From contig OZ220677.1 of assembly GCA_965116335.1 (NCBI GenBank), positions 1,315,933 through 1,379,932 of the forward strand: a stretch of DNA of 64,000 nt, written 5' to 3'. The position numbers and the translations under genes were made by a program. The notes under the pieces were generated by a model. It did not search any database. It was not told the origin of the DNA and worked only from the letters and a program-made list of their open reading frames with translations. The DNA comes from Arenicellales bacterium (GTDB lineage Bacteria > Pseudomonadota > Gammaproteobacteria > Arenicellales > Poriferihabitantaceae). The first letter of the stretch is position 1. The number at the start of each line of letters is the position of its first letter. Shown here in pieces: positions 28,816-38,946 of the stretch.

Positions 28816-29904
28816 TCAACAACAGGCCGCCCTGAATCTCGCCAGCGCCTCACCGCTGGCAATCGCTTGTACCGCTTTTGCCGCCGCCTCGCGTGGGTCA
28901 GAAGCCATCCGGAACTGGATCAACCCGATTGCGGCACCATAAATCAGGCTGTCACGCATCGCACCGGGCGTATTGCCGAGTGCCTCAAGTCCCAAGCCGA
29001 CCGTATGCTCCACAACGCCTTGCAATACCTGCGTATTGTCATAAGATGTTTGCTCGATATCCGCCTGCAATGATTCAGGAACCGGAATCGCCCGCTGTTT
29101 GCGTTCTATGCCGAACTCAATCGGTGACAGCTTGTTCATCCTCAATTCCTCCTCTCCCCAACAACCAAAATAGCGGGAAACCTGGCTGAGCGAAGCAATG
29201 CAACCGCCCTCAACACCGCGCACAATGGCACTCGAATCGAATCCGGCATGTCTGGCCAGCATCGCATAAACCGGGGGGTAAGCCTTGTGTACGAAGCCGG
29301 TCATAAGATAGGTGGCGCGGGCACCCCGCAAGGGCTGCAACACCACCTCCAGTGTGGAAATACAGCTTCGTTTTACCATTTCATCACGAAGCGCGATCAG
29401 GTTATTCAGTGCCGGGATATATTGCTCCTGATCCAGATAGCACCATCCGGTATCCGCATCATCCAGTTTTTGTGCAGCGCTGGCCGGACTCAGCCCGACC
29501 TGGACGCCTGCCGCATCCAGCACCATCCGTGCCGTGATGCCGTATTTTGGGCCGACGAACTTCAAGCCGTGCAGGTAGGTGGGCAATCCGCAGGCGGCAT
29601 AGACAGCGGGCAGAAACGGAGTAGCTGGCAGGCTGCGGGTATAACCGTTGAACGGGTCCGCGATCGCCAGGATTTGTGGGCTGCGGGTTACACAGCTCTT
29701 GAGGTTACGCATCAGCGCATTGAGAACGCCGATATTCTCGGCATCGGTTTCTCGTTTCATGCGTAACGCAATCAGAAACAGAGCCGTTCGCACCGGGCTT
29801 ATCTGGCCGCCCAGAATCAGTTCCATGGCATCCTCTGCCTGTGCCTCGGTCAGCGATTTACTCAGTTCCGGCCCGGTTGCGATCAGCTGGATATACCGTC
29901 GCAT
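28816..29904 (-). CDS. Glycosyl transferase family 3 / anthranilate phosphoribosyltransferase-like (TrpD2/YbiB-like) protein
   Basis: LTEAQAEDAMELILGGQISPVRTALFLIALRMKRETDAENIGVL resembles the TrpD-family N-terminal domain. Start is either ATG 29904 or TTG 29961. Confidence 0.6.
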   Translation of the reverse strand: MRRYIQLIATGPELSKSLTEAQAEDAMELILGGQISPVRTALFLIALRMKRETDAENIGVLNALMRNLKSCVTRSPQILAIADPFNGYTRSLPATPFLPAVYAACGLPTYLHGLKFVGPKYGITARMVLDAAGVQVGLSPASAAQKLDDADTGWCYLDQEQYIPALNNLIALRDEMVKRSCISTLEVVLQPLRGARATYLMTGFVHKAYPPVYAMLARHAGFDSSAIVRGVEGGCIASLSQVSRYFGCWGEEELRMNKLSPIEFGIERKQRAIPVPESLQADIEQTSYDNTQVLQGVVEHTVGLGLEALGNTPGAMRDSLIYGAAIGLIQFRMASDPREAAAKAVQAIASGEALARFRAACC

Positions 29905-29957
29905 ACGCGACTGCGCAGCGCTGGATATGTCCACTGTAGCACTCTCAGTGGAGGCAC

Positions 29958-30404
29958 TCAAAGAGAATCCGCCTTGTCATCAAAACCTGCCTTCCGATAC
30001 CACATTTTCGCCTGTTCCAGATCCACCTCACAACCTCGGCCTTCCTCATACATCAGGGCCAGAGTCGCCATTGATCCCACCAGCCCCTGATTCGCCGCCT
30101 GAGTGAACCACCAGGCCGCCTGTACCGAATCCTGATCCACACAATCCCCCTCCATATACATGAACCCCAGCCCGTGTTGAGCCAGGGCCAGTGATTGTTC
30201 GGCAGCCAGCTTCATGTTTTTGAAAGCCATCAGTTCATTCCGCACCACACCGAGCCCATTCTGGTGCATGATCGCCATACGATACTGCGCTTCCGCATTG
30301 CCGCCTTCCGCCAAAGGCGACAGGATACGCAATGCCAAAGCGAAATGCTTTGATTCAAATGCGGAAATGCCGCTGCCCAGAATTACCGAAGAGTCATCGT
30401 TCAT
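29958..30404 (-). CDS. Sel1-repeat (TPR-like) protein
   Basis: Three or four Sel1 units, including GNAEAQYRMAIMHQNGLGV, ALAQHGLGFMYMEGDCV, SMATLALMYEEGRGC and EQAKMWYRKAG. Confidence 0.8.
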   Translation of the reverse strand: MNDDSSVILGSGISAFESKHFALALRILSPLAEGGNAEAQYRMAIMHQNGLGVVRNELMAFKNMKLAAEQSLALAQHGLGFMYMEGDCVDQDSVQAAWWFTQAANQGLVGSMATLALMYEEGRGCEVDLEQAKMWYRKAGFDDKADSL

Positions 30405-30508
30405 AAGACTAACAGCTTACATCGGCGCAAAGCCTGCGGGAATATGGCTAATGGGATATTCGGATTATGCCCGACAAGGCTGGCCATTATATAATACGCC
30501 CCAACCAT

Positions 30509-30650
30509 CCGTCTTTCCCGTGTAAACGGGAATCCACAATAATATGGAGATTGCGATTACCTGTCATCGTAGGGGCGCCCCTCTGTGGGTGCCCGCTATC
30601 GTTGATACCTGTTCCGACATTTGCGGGAGGGCACAAGACCCTCCCCTACG
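30509..30650. repeat. REP-type hairpin cluster: module A (inverted) 30509-30537, module B 30568-30605, module C 30624-30650
   Basis: Modules recur throughout 44-60 kb. A = GTGGATTCCCGCCTGCGCGGGAAnGACGG. B = CGTAGGGGCGACCCTCTGTGGTCGCCCGCTAnCGTTGA. C = CGGGAGGGCACAAGACCCTCCCCTACG. Confidence 0.75.
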
Positions 30651-30809
30651 ATAGCGGTTCGATCACTCCACAAAACCCACAAAACCCACTTGACAGGCGA
30701 TGACTCCTTATAGCAAACTTATACTCTCAATATCCGGCAAAAAACAGGCTAACGCAATGAAAAAAATAGAAATAAATTCGATTAAGTCCTTGATTTATAG
30801 TATAATTGA

Positions 30810-30873
30810 CCGGATTACCGGATTACCGGATTACCGGATTACCGGATTACCGGATTACCGGATTACCGGATTA
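30810..30873 (+). repeat. Perfect octanucleotide tandem repeat (CCGGATTA) x 8
   Basis: Counted base by base: 64 nt with no mismatch. Starts 4 nt after a TATAAT hexamer (30801-30806) and ends 25 nt before the first in-frame ATG (30899) of the autotransporter ORF. Confidence 0.95.
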
Positions 30874-30898
30874 CGCTTGGCGCGTCGGCGTGACGGCC

Positions 30899-33800
30899 AT
30901 GAGCGCGTTCGCCTGGTTGCGCCGTTCCCGAGGTTCGTCCTCCCAGCCTGAATCTTCCGCTCCTGCTGGTTGCCGATCCAACACCCGCAAGCCTGCGCCC
31001 GACAATCATTCCCCTCCCCGATCAAGCCGGGGACAGGCTCTTGAGGGGGAATCCACCTCACCCTCCTGTCGCAACCTTGCCGCTGCCCTGCTCTGCCTGC
31101 CACTGCTGGCGCTGTTCACTACCGGAGCGCAGGCGGTAGTGCTGGTCAGCAATCTTGGCCAGGCGGACGGTGGCACCGGAGGGTTACACAACGATCATGC
31201 CCAAAAGTTCACGACCGGCAGCAACGGCTATAAGCTGACCAGCGTCGAGATGGAGTTCGCCAAACTGAACGACACCGATGCCGCCAGCGTCACCTGGACG
31301 GCCACTATCCGAAAAACCAGCGGAAATCGCCCGTTCAGCGCTGTCGATGGCACCCTGACTAATCCTGCTTTTACGACCTTTACCTCCGACACCACGCTGA
31401 CCTTCACCGCCCCTGCCGGAGGCATCAGCCTGGATGCGAATACCAACTACGCTTTCGTGCTGGACCTGTCAGCGCCAATAAACCAAAACAGAAATGCCGT
31501 GCGCAACACGTCATCGCGAGACGAGGACTCCGGTGCCGCAACCGGCTGGAGCTTTCATGATGGGAGTGTGTACAGGGCAGCCGCCAATAGTTCCGGTGGC
31601 ACGACTTCATGGAGCATCTGGAATCAACCCAAAAAAATCCGCATCAATGGCAGCGACGGCTCTGACACCACCGCTCCCCGCATCACCTCCATCACCCGCC
31701 ATACCCCATCCACTTCACCAACCAATGCCGATACCCTCAAATGGCGCGTCACCTTCAATGAACCCGTACAGAATGTGGACGCAGCAGATTTCTCTATCAC
31801 TGGCACCACCGCTACCGTTAGTAGCGTAGTCGAGACTTCAGGCACAATCTACGACATCAGCATATCCAGCGGCAACCTCGCAAGTTTCAACACGATAGTC
31901 ACTCTGGAACTCGACAATAATAACCAAAACATCCAGGACACCTCCGGCAATGCACTCACTAATCTCACGCCCACCGGCACCAATGAAAATACCTACGAGG
32001 TTGACAACCTGAAACCCCGCGTACAATCCTTCACCCGCCAGAACCCATCCACTCAGTCAACCAGCGCCGATACCCTCAAATGGCGCGTCACCTTCAACGA
32101 ATCCGTGAAGAATGTAGACGCAGCAGATTTCAGAATCGTCCCCAACACCCCTCCCCCTACCACCACCGCCACCATTACCAGCGCAACCCAGGTCACGGGT
32201 AACGACCGGGCCTACGATGTCACCGCATCCGGTGGCAACCTGGACAGCTTCAACGGCACCGTAAGGCTCGGCTTCAATACAGTTGGCCACAACATTCACG
32301 ACATAGCCGGTAACAGACTCACCAGCTATGGGCGCATAGGCGCCAATCACAATACCTTCACAGTGAGCAATACTGTACAGCCAACCAACAACGCCCCCAC
32401 GGTAGCCAATGCCATCCCCAACCAGAGTGCCACAGTCGGCACCGCCTTTACCTATGCCTTCCCGACCAATACCTTCAATGATGCCGATAGCGACAGCCTG
32501 ACCTATAGCGCAACAAAATCCGATGACACTGCCCTGCCATCCTGGCTGACTTTCACTACCGGCACCCGTACCTTCTCCGGTACACCGCAATCCGGCGATG
32601 TGGGCACACTATCGGTCAAGGTAACCGCCAATGATGGCAATAGCGGCAGTATCAGTGATACCTTTAACATCGTAGTCAGTGCAGCGGCACCGATCATCCC
32701 CACAGTAGACTTCTCTTCCTCGTCTTCGAGTGTGCTTGAGGATGCCGGTACGCATAACGTGACCGTCAATCTCTCATCTGCCGCACCTTCCGGGGGGCTT
32801 ACCCTGACCTACACGGTAGGCGGCAATGCTACAGCAGGGAGTGGCAATGACTTCACCATCCAGAACCAGGGTACACTGAACGTTATAGCCGGAGCTACAA
32901 CTGCAACTATCCCGGTGGTTATCATTGACGACAGCAACCCCATCACCGAGCCAGTCGAGACCGTCATCCTGACCCTGACCGATGGTACAGGCTACACGCT
33001 CGGCAGTACAACAATCGTACACACACTCACCATTACCGATAATGATGCGCCACTACCGGGTACGCCCGCACTGACACTCTCACAAAACACACTGACCTTC
33101 ACGGAAGGAACCACCGGCAGTTACACAATAGAACTGGCAACCGAGCCAACCGCTACCGTAACGGTGGCTATTGAATCAGATAACGAGGATATAACCATCA
33201 GTCCATCCTCACCGCTCACCTTCACAACCACCAACTGGGACACCGCACAAACCGTAACGGTCCATGCAGGGCAGGATGACGATACCACCGATGACTCCAC
33301 AATCCTCACCCATACCGCATCCGGCGGGAATTACGGCACGGTGACTGGCTCCGTTACCGTGACCGTCAATGATGACGATACCACGATAAACCCAGGTCCG
33401 ACGACACCAACCACAAACCCCGGCGGTGACAATAACAACGACACGCCCCCGGTAGTCACCCCACCCGTCATCCCCCCGGTCACGGTTTCCGCGCAAGCCT
33501 TGACCCTGACCGAAGGCACGATGGCTGCCTATACCCTGGTACTGGACAGCGCTCCGACTACAAGTGTCACCATCGAGATTACGCCCCTGTTCTCACCGGC
33601 CATGAGTCTGCTGTCCACAGCCAGTGTCGGCAGTACCGCACAAGACAACCCGCGCATTACGGTCACGCCCTCTACGGTAGTCTTTACCCCGGATAACTGG
33701 CAAACCCCGCAAAGCATCACCGTAAGTGCAATGGCGAACCAGAATACAACCGAACAAACCGTTCAACTGATTCATCGCATAAAGGGAAGCAATCAACGCG

Positions 33801-35515
33801 TAGCCTCGGTCACCATCACCATACAAGAGCGAGTCATTACGGTCAGCCTGTCTACTCCCGCCCAAGTCACCGAAGGGCAAACCCTGACCGTAACCGTCAC
33901 TGCTGATACCACTCCGACGGTTGATCTGCCGATTGATGTATTGATTCGTGAAACATCCGATACCGACTATATAGAGGATACAGAAGAAGGCACCAAGCGC
34001 GTGACCCTGCCCGCTGGACAAGATCGTATTCGCTATAGCCTCCCGATACGGGATAATGATACAGAAGATACCCAGGCAGGCCGAGTCACCCTCACCATTC
34101 AACCCGGCACCGGCTATACGGTAGCAGGCGGCACGGCGCAGGTCGTCATTACCGATGATGAAGGACAGATTGCCACCACCCCCTGGCTTTCCCGCATGGG
34201 ACGTACACTGGCCGAACAAGCCATAGAGGGTATCAGCGCAAGAATCCATGCTGCACGCACCCCCGGACTGAACGCAACCCTGGCCGGTTGGTCGGTTCCC
34301 ATGAACCCGTCATCAGGAGAATCCCTGGATTCTGAAATCCATACCCTGAACCCGGCTTCTCAAAACCCGGCTTCCGGTCAAACCCTGAATGCACAGGATA
34401 TACTCTCCAACAGTCAGTTTCTCCATACCACCGGCATAGACCTTCGAGGCGGCAATACCGCATGGTGGGGACAAGTCTCTGAAACCGACTTTGCGGGTGT
34501 ACAACACGATATACACACACAAGGAGAAAGCCGAACCATTCAGTTAGGGGGTGACTATGCGGTCAATGACTGGCTGATGGGCATGAGTGTATTGCACAAC
34601 AGCGCAGAAGGAGACAGTCAAAGACGGGGTAATACAGAGCGTCTGGAATCCAATGTAACGGCTTTAATCCCGTACAGCGCCAGAGACCTGGGAAATACCC
34701 ATCTGTGGGGTGCATTGGGCATTGGGCAAGGACAGGTTAGCCGCTACCGGGATAACATTCAACGATCAGAAACCGATATGACCTGGCGGATGATAAGTGC
34801 AGGCACACGCAGTGAATTGAAACAAACCGAAACCACCTCCATGGCACTCATCAGTGATGCCCTGTGGGTGCGTACCGAGTCCGATGAGAGCAAACAAGAC
34901 AATATGAATCCACAAGTCAGTCGCATACGGGCGGGCCTGGAAAGTACATGGAATAAAAGCATTCGGGATATACAGATACAACCCACCTTCACGATAGGCG
35001 CAAGACATGATTCGGGCGGTGCAGAGAGTGGCTTTGGCCTCTATGCCGGTAGTGGACTGCACTGGACTTCTTCTACACTACAAATAGACATAGAAGGGCA
35101 ATATCTTCTGTCTCATCAACAAGAGATAGAAGAAAAAGGGTTCTCGGCTTCACTGATCCATGATCGCAACCCGAACAGTGACTTGGGATTGTCTGTATCC
35201 TTATCGCAACGCAGTATAGCGTCTGGTGGACTTCCATCATTATTTACCCCACAACCTCTGAACATTACCGAATCGAGACCGCGCTGGATGATAGATGCAC
35301 AGTATGGGATGCCTGCATTCAATGGCAGATTTACCGGCAGTCCGCATATCGGGTTGGGACTGGATGGAGATACGACCGATATAGAGCTGGGCTGGCGCAT
35401 GACGCCCCTGACCTATAACAAGAATCTGTCATTGGGTATTCAGGCGACCCGATTGACACAAGAACAAACCGCACCGAAACATTGGTTCGGCGTGGAGGCA
35501 CGGGTGCGGTGGTAG
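30899..35515 (+). CDS. Large type Va autotransporter adhesin with Ig-like, cadherin-like and Calx-beta-like passenger modules
   Basis: C-terminal ~280 aa look like an autotransporter beta-barrel ending FGVEARVRW. The passenger carries 2 tandem ~110-aa repeats (ADTLKWRVTFNE.V.NVDAADF), a cadherin-like module (NNAPTVANAIPNQSATVGTAFTYAFP..DADSDSLTY) and several Calx-beta-like modules (GNDFT...ATIPVVIIDD). Start is uncertain: the track start is TTG 30806 inside the repeat. Confidence 0.85.
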   Translation: MSAFAWLRRSRGSSSQPESSAPAGCRSNTRKPAPDNHSPPRSSRGQALEGESTSPSCRNLAAALLCLPLLALFTTGAQAVVLVSNLGQADGGTGGLHNDHAQKFTTGSNGYKLTSVEMEFAKLNDTDAASVTWTATIRKTSGNRPFSAVDGTLTNPAFTTFTSDTTLTFTAPAGGISLDANTNYAFVLDLSAPINQNRNAVRNTSSRDEDSGAATGWSFHDGSVYRAAANSSGGTTSWSIWNQPKKIRINGSDGSDTTAPRITSITRHTPSTSPTNADTLKWRVTFNEPVQNVDAADFSITGTTATVSSVVETSGTIYDISISSGNLASFNTIVTLELDNNNQNIQDTSGNALTNLTPTGTNENTYEVDNLKPRVQSFTRQNPSTQSTSADTLKWRVTFNESVKNVDAADFRIVPNTPPPTTTATITSATQVTGNDRAYDVTASGGNLDSFNGTVRLGFNTVGHNIHDIAGNRLTSYGRIGANHNTFTVSNTVQPTNNAPTVANAIPNQSATVGTAFTYAFPTNTFNDADSDSLTYSATKSDDTALPSWLTFTTGTRTFSGTPQSGDVGTLSVKVTANDGNSGSISDTFNIVVSAAAPIIPTVDFSSSSSSVLEDAGTHNVTVNLSSAAPSGGLTLTYTVGGNATAGSGNDFTIQNQGTLNVIAGATTATIPVVIIDDSNPITEPVETVILTLTDGTGYTLGSTTIVHTLTITDNDAPLPGTPALTLSQNTLTFTEGTTGSYTIELATEPTATVTVAIESDNEDITISPSSPLTFTTTNWDTAQTVTVHAGQDDDTTDDSTILTHTASGGNYGTVTGSVTVTVNDDDTTINPGPTTPTTNPGGDNNNDTPPVVTPPVIPPVTVSAQALTLTEGTMAAYTLVLDSAPTTSVTIEITPLFSPAMSLLSTASVGSTAQDNPRITVTPSTVVFTPDNWQTPQSITVSAMANQNTTEQTVQLIHRIKGSNQRVASVTITIQERVITVSLSTPAQVTEGQTLTVTVTADTTPTVDLPIDVLIRETSDTDYIEDTEEGTKRVTLPAGQDRIRYSLPIRDNDTEDTQAGRVTLTIQPGTGYTVAGGTAQVVITDDEGQIATTPWLSRMGRTLAEQAIEGISARIHAARTPGLNATLAGWSVPMNPSSGESLDSEIHTLNPASQNPASGQTLNAQDILSNSQFLHTTGIDLRGGNTAWWGQVSETDFAGVQHDIHTQGESRTIQLGGDYAVNDWLMGMSVLHNSAEGDSQRRGNTERLESNVTALIPYSARDLGNTHLWGALGIGQGQVSRYRDNIQRSETDMTWRMISAGTRSELKQTETTSMALISDALWVRTESDESKQDNMNPQVSRIRAGLESTWNKSIRDIQIQPTFTIGARHDSGGAESGFGLYAGSGLHWTSSTLQIDIEGQYLLSHQQEIEEKGFSASLIHDRNPNSDLGLSVSLSQRSIASGGLPSLFTPQPLNITESRPRWMIDAQYGMPAFNGRFTGSPHIGLGLDGDTTDIELGWRMTPLTYNKNLSLGIQATRLTQEQTAPKHWFGVEARVRW

Positions 35516-35523
35516 TAGGGAAA

Positions 35524-35785
35524 TGGGAATCCACAACCATTCGGATGCTGCGCTTAATATCATCGTAGGGGTGCCCCTTGTGGGTGCCCGGTATCGTTGA
35601 TACCCGTTCCGATCATTTGCGGGAGGGTACAAGACCCTCCCCTACGACGTCATTTCGATTCATGCACCAACATCATTCCCCCGCAGACCGGGGAGTCCGC
35701 GATACAAGGGCGAAGCCCGCCGGAGAGCGGGTGGGGGGCACAACCGTCATTCCACGTACCAACCAACCGTCTTTCCCGCAGAGCC
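35524..35785. repeat. REP-type hairpin cluster (truncated A, B variant 35564-35600, C 35620-35646, D-like, truncated A)
   Basis: Same modules as 30509-30650, so the autotransporter gene is bracketed by REP clusters. Confidence 0.7.
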
Positions 35786-35837
35786 TGCCACCGGCCACGG
35801 ATCAAAAAAATCCTTGACTTGGAAAAGGCAAATAGGA

Positions 35838-35859
35838 TTAAATCAATTAAGTTGATTAA
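35838..35859. promoter_or_regulatory. Imperfect AT-rich palindrome TTAAATCAA-TTAAG-TTGATTAA upstream of the polyol operon; candidate operator
   Basis: Read directly from the sequence, 23 bp upstream of the 35882 start. A ROK regulator is encoded at the end of the operon. Confidence 0.25.
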
Positions 35860-35881
35860 TTCGTGAACTCCGGGAGATAAC

Positions 35882-37192
35882 ATGAACTTGAAGACCATTC
35901 TTTGTGCAGTGGGTACACTTGCACTCGTCGCGACAGCCGGCACCCACGCTGCCACCACCGTCACCATTGCAACCGTCAACAACGGCGACATGATCCGAAT
36001 GCAGGGGCTGACAGAGGATTTCACATCCAGCAATCCCGACATTACCCTGGAATGGGTCACGTTGGAAGAGAACGTACTGCGCCAGCGTGTGACCCAGGAC
36101 ATTGCCACCAAAGGCGGCCAATTCGATGTGCTGACCATCGGCACCTACGAGGTTCCGATCTGGAGCAAGAACGGCTGGCTCGTATCATTGAACGACCTGC
36201 CCGCCGGATGGGATGCCGATGACCTGCTTCCCGCGATACGCTCCGGCCTGACCGTCGATGGCGAGCTGTACGCCGCACCGTTCTACGGGGAGAGTTCCAT
36301 GGTCATGTACCGCACCGACCTGATGAAGAAAGCCGGCCTCGAAATGCCCGAAGCGCCGACCTGGGATTTCATCAGGCAAGCGGCGGCAGCGATGACCGAC
36401 CGCGACAACGAGATCTACGGCGTCTGCCTCCGCGGAAAGGCCGGTTGGGGCGAGAACATGGCATTTCTGACCGCCACCGCGAACTCCTTCGGCGCGCGCT
36501 GGTTTGACGAGAACTGGAAACCCCGGTTCGACAGCGAAGCCTGGGCCGACACGCTCAACTACTACATGGACCTGATGACCAACTATGGTCCTCCGGGAGC
36601 CTCGACCAACGGATTCAACGAGAACCTGTCCCTCTTCCAGCAAGGCAAGTGCGGCATGTGGATTGATGCAACCGTGGCAGCCTCTTTCGTGACCAACCCG
36701 AACGACTCGACAGTGGCCGACAGTGTCGGATTCGCTCTGGCTCCTGATAAGGGTCTCGGCAAGCGCGGCAACTGGCTGTGGGCCTGGTCGCTGGCCATCC
36801 CGGCCGGTTCCGACTCGACGGATGCGGCAAAGAAGTTCATCGCCTGGGCAACCAGCAAGGAATACACGGCGCTCGTAGCATCGAAAGAAGGCTGGGCTAA
36901 TGTCCCGCCCGGCACCCGAACCTCGCTGTACGAGAATCCCGCTTATCTGGAGGCTGCGCCCTTCGCCCGGATGACACTGAACTCGATCAACGCAGCCAAC
37001 CCGAAGCAACCGACCGTCGATCCGGTGCCCTATACCGGTGTCCAGTTCGTCGCCATTCCAGAGTTCGCGGGCATTGCCACGCAAGTGGGACAGGAATTCT
37101 CGGCTGCGCTGGCCGGTCAGCAGACCGTCGAGCAGGCACTCGAGAAGGCACAGGCCCTGACCGCCGAGGAGATGGAGGCTGCCGGCTACTGA
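35882..37192 (+). CDS. Sugar-alcohol ABC transporter substrate-binding protein (SmoE/MtlE-like)
   Basis: Signal peptide MNLKTILCAVGTLALVATAGTHA and a family-1 solute-binding sequence. Operon context includes mannitol dehydrogenase and fructokinase. Confidence 0.8.
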   Translation: MNLKTILCAVGTLALVATAGTHAATTVTIATVNNGDMIRMQGLTEDFTSSNPDITLEWVTLEENVLRQRVTQDIATKGGQFDVLTIGTYEVPIWSKNGWLVSLNDLPAGWDADDLLPAIRSGLTVDGELYAAPFYGESSMVMYRTDLMKKAGLEMPEAPTWDFIRQAAAAMTDRDNEIYGVCLRGKAGWGENMAFLTATANSFGARWFDENWKPRFDSEAWADTLNYYMDLMTNYGPPGASTNGFNENLSLFQQGKCGMWIDATVAASFVTNPNDSTVADSVGFALAPDKGLGKRGNWLWAWSLAIPAGSDSTDAAKKFIAWATSKEYTALVASKEGWANVPPGTRTSLYENPAYLEAAPFARMTLNSINAANPKQPTVDPVPYTGVQFVAIPEFAGIATQVGQEFSAALAGQQTVEQALEKAQALTAEEMEAAGY

Positions 37193-37228
37193 TGACGGCA
37201 TCAGCCTGACCTGAAAAGGAACGGCGTC

Positions 37229-38095
37229 ATGGCAACCCTGCACGCAAGGTCCGCCGCCCGCCTGATGATGGCGCCCGCGGTTGTCCTGCTGCTTGGCTGG
37301 ATGCTCGTGCCCCTGACCATGACGCTCTACTTTTCGTTCAAGCGCTACCTGCCGCTGCGAGGCGGCGACCTGGGGTGGGTCGGGTTCGAGAACTATATCC
37401 GCTTTGTCAGCTCAAGCTCGTTCTGGCCGAGTGTGCAGGCGACACTCATTATCGTCGGTGGCGTGCTGCTTACCACCGTGGTTCTGGGCATCCTGCTCGC
37501 GCTGCTGCTGGATCAGCCGATGTGGGGGCAGGGCATCGTCCGGATACTGGTCATCGCGCCGTTCTTCGTGATGCCGACCGTTTCGGCGCTGGTCTGGAAG
37601 AATATGTTCATGGATCCGGTGAACGGGCTGTTCGCGCATCTCTGGAAATTCTTCGGCCTGATACCGCTGGAATGGCTGAGTCAGGCATCACTCTTTTCCA
37701 TCACCCTGATCGTCTCGTGGCAATGGCTGCCCTTCGCAACGCTGATCCTGCTGACCGCGATCCAGTCGCTGGATCGCGAGCAACTGGAAGCTGGCGAGAT
37801 GGACGGCGCCCCGCCCCTGGCCCGCTTCCGCCATATCATCCTGCCGCACCTCGGTCAGGCCATTACCATCGTCATCCTGATCCAGACGATATTCCTGTTG
37901 TCGATTTTCGCCGAAATCTTCGTGACGACGCAGGGTTCATTCGGTACCCGGACGCTGACCTATCTGATCTTCCAGCGTGTGTTGGAAAGTCAGAATGTGG
38001 GGCTCGGTTCGGCCGGCGGCATCTACGCGGTCATCCTCGCCAACATTGTGGCGCTCTTCCTGATGCGCATCGTCGGCAAGAATCTGGATACGTGA
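37229..38095 (+). CDS. Sugar ABC transporter permease (SmoF/MtlF-like)
   Basis: Six TM segments. EAA-type loop LDREQLEAGEMDGAPPLARFRHIILP. Confidence 0.85.
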   Translation: MATLHARSAARLMMAPAVVLLLGWMLVPLTMTLYFSFKRYLPLRGGDLGWVGFENYIRFVSSSSFWPSVQATLIIVGGVLLTTVVLGILLALLLDQPMWGQGIVRILVIAPFFVMPTVSALVWKNMFMDPVNGLFAHLWKFFGLIPLEWLSQASLFSITLIVSWQWLPFATLILLTAIQSLDREQLEAGEMDGAPPLARFRHIILPHLGQAITIVILIQTIFLLSIFAEIFVTTQGSFGTRTLTYLIFQRVLESQNVGLGSAGGIYAVILANIVALFLMRIVGKNLDT

Positions 38096-38105
38096 GGGGC
38101 AGAGC

Positions 38106-38936
38106 ATGGCGCGCACGGTTACCAGCAAGCGGAAGGCCGTCAACACCGCCGTCGCCTGGGGGATCGGCCTGCTGATCTTCTTCCCGGTACTGTGGACCAT
38201 CCTGACCAGCTTCAAGACCGAATCACAGGCAATTGCCGACCCGCCGGTTTTCCTGTTCTTCGACTGGACGCTGGAGAATTATGCGATCGTGCAGGAGCGC
38301 TCGGACTATATGCGCTATCTCTGGAACTCGGTGATCATCGCCGGCGCCTCCACGCTGCTCGGCATCCTCATCGCGGTTCCCGCCGCATGGTCCATGGCCT
38401 TCGTGCCATCGAAACGGACCAAAGACATCCTGCTCTGGATGCTTTCCACCAAGATGCTGCCGGCGGTCGGCGTACTCTACCCGGTCTACCTGATCTTCAT
38501 CGAGTTCGGACTCCTCGACACGCGCTCCGGTCTTGTCATCGTCATGATGCTGATCAACCTGCCGATCATCGTCTGGATGCTGTACACCTATTTCCGGGAA
38601 ATTCCCGGCGAGATCCTGGAAGCCGCGCGCATGGACGGCGCATCACTGCGCAATGAAATCCTGTATGTACTGACCCCCATGGCCGTACCGGGTATCGCCT
38701 CAACCATGCTGCTGAACTTCATCCTGGCCTGGAACGAGGCGTTCTGGACGCTGAACCTGACGGCGGCGAAAGCCGCTCCGCTGACCGCCTTCATCGCCAG
38801 TTATTCAAGCCCCGAGGGTCTGTTCTACGCCAAGCTGAGCGCGGCATCAACCATGGCCATCGCGCCGATCCTGATCCTGGGATGGTTCAGCCAGAAACAA
38901 CTGGTGCGCGGCCTGACTTTCGGCGCGGTCAAGTGA
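38106..38936 (+). CDS. Sugar ABC transporter permease (SmoG/MtlG-like)
   Basis: EAA loop [28 protein letters not shown]. Polytopic. Confidence 0.85.
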   Translation: MARTVTSKRKAVNTAVAWGIGLLIFFPVLWTILTSFKTESQAIADPPVFLFFDWTLENYAIVQERSDYMRYLWNSVIIAGASTLLGILIAVPAAWSMAFVPSKRTKDILLWMLSTKMLPAVGVLYPVYLIFIEFGLLDTRSGLVIVMMLINLPIIVWMLYTYFREIPGEILEAARMDGASLRNEILYVLTPMAVPGIASTMLLNFILAWNEAFWTLNLTAAKAAPLTAFIASYSSPEGLFYAKLSAASTMAIAPILILGWFSQKQLVRGLTFGAVK

Positions 38937-38946
38937 GGATAGAGAG

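Noticed and set aside
30700-30951. ORF 30700..30951 and the TTG 30806 start giving a (ITGLPDYR)n peptide repeat
   Set aside because: The peptide repeat is just the 8-bp DNA repeat read in three frames. It is treated as a possible phase-variation feature rather than a real repeat protein. The TTG lies inside the TATAAT/leader region.
36185-37243. Large antisense ORFs (36185..37243, 19436..20179, 17060..17845, 23015..23677, 4058..4651, 33593..34249, 8346..8804, 52204..53031 and others)
   Set aside because: These are shadow ORFs opposite well-supported genes in GC-rich DNA. Their translations are Arg/Gly/Pro-rich with no motifs.
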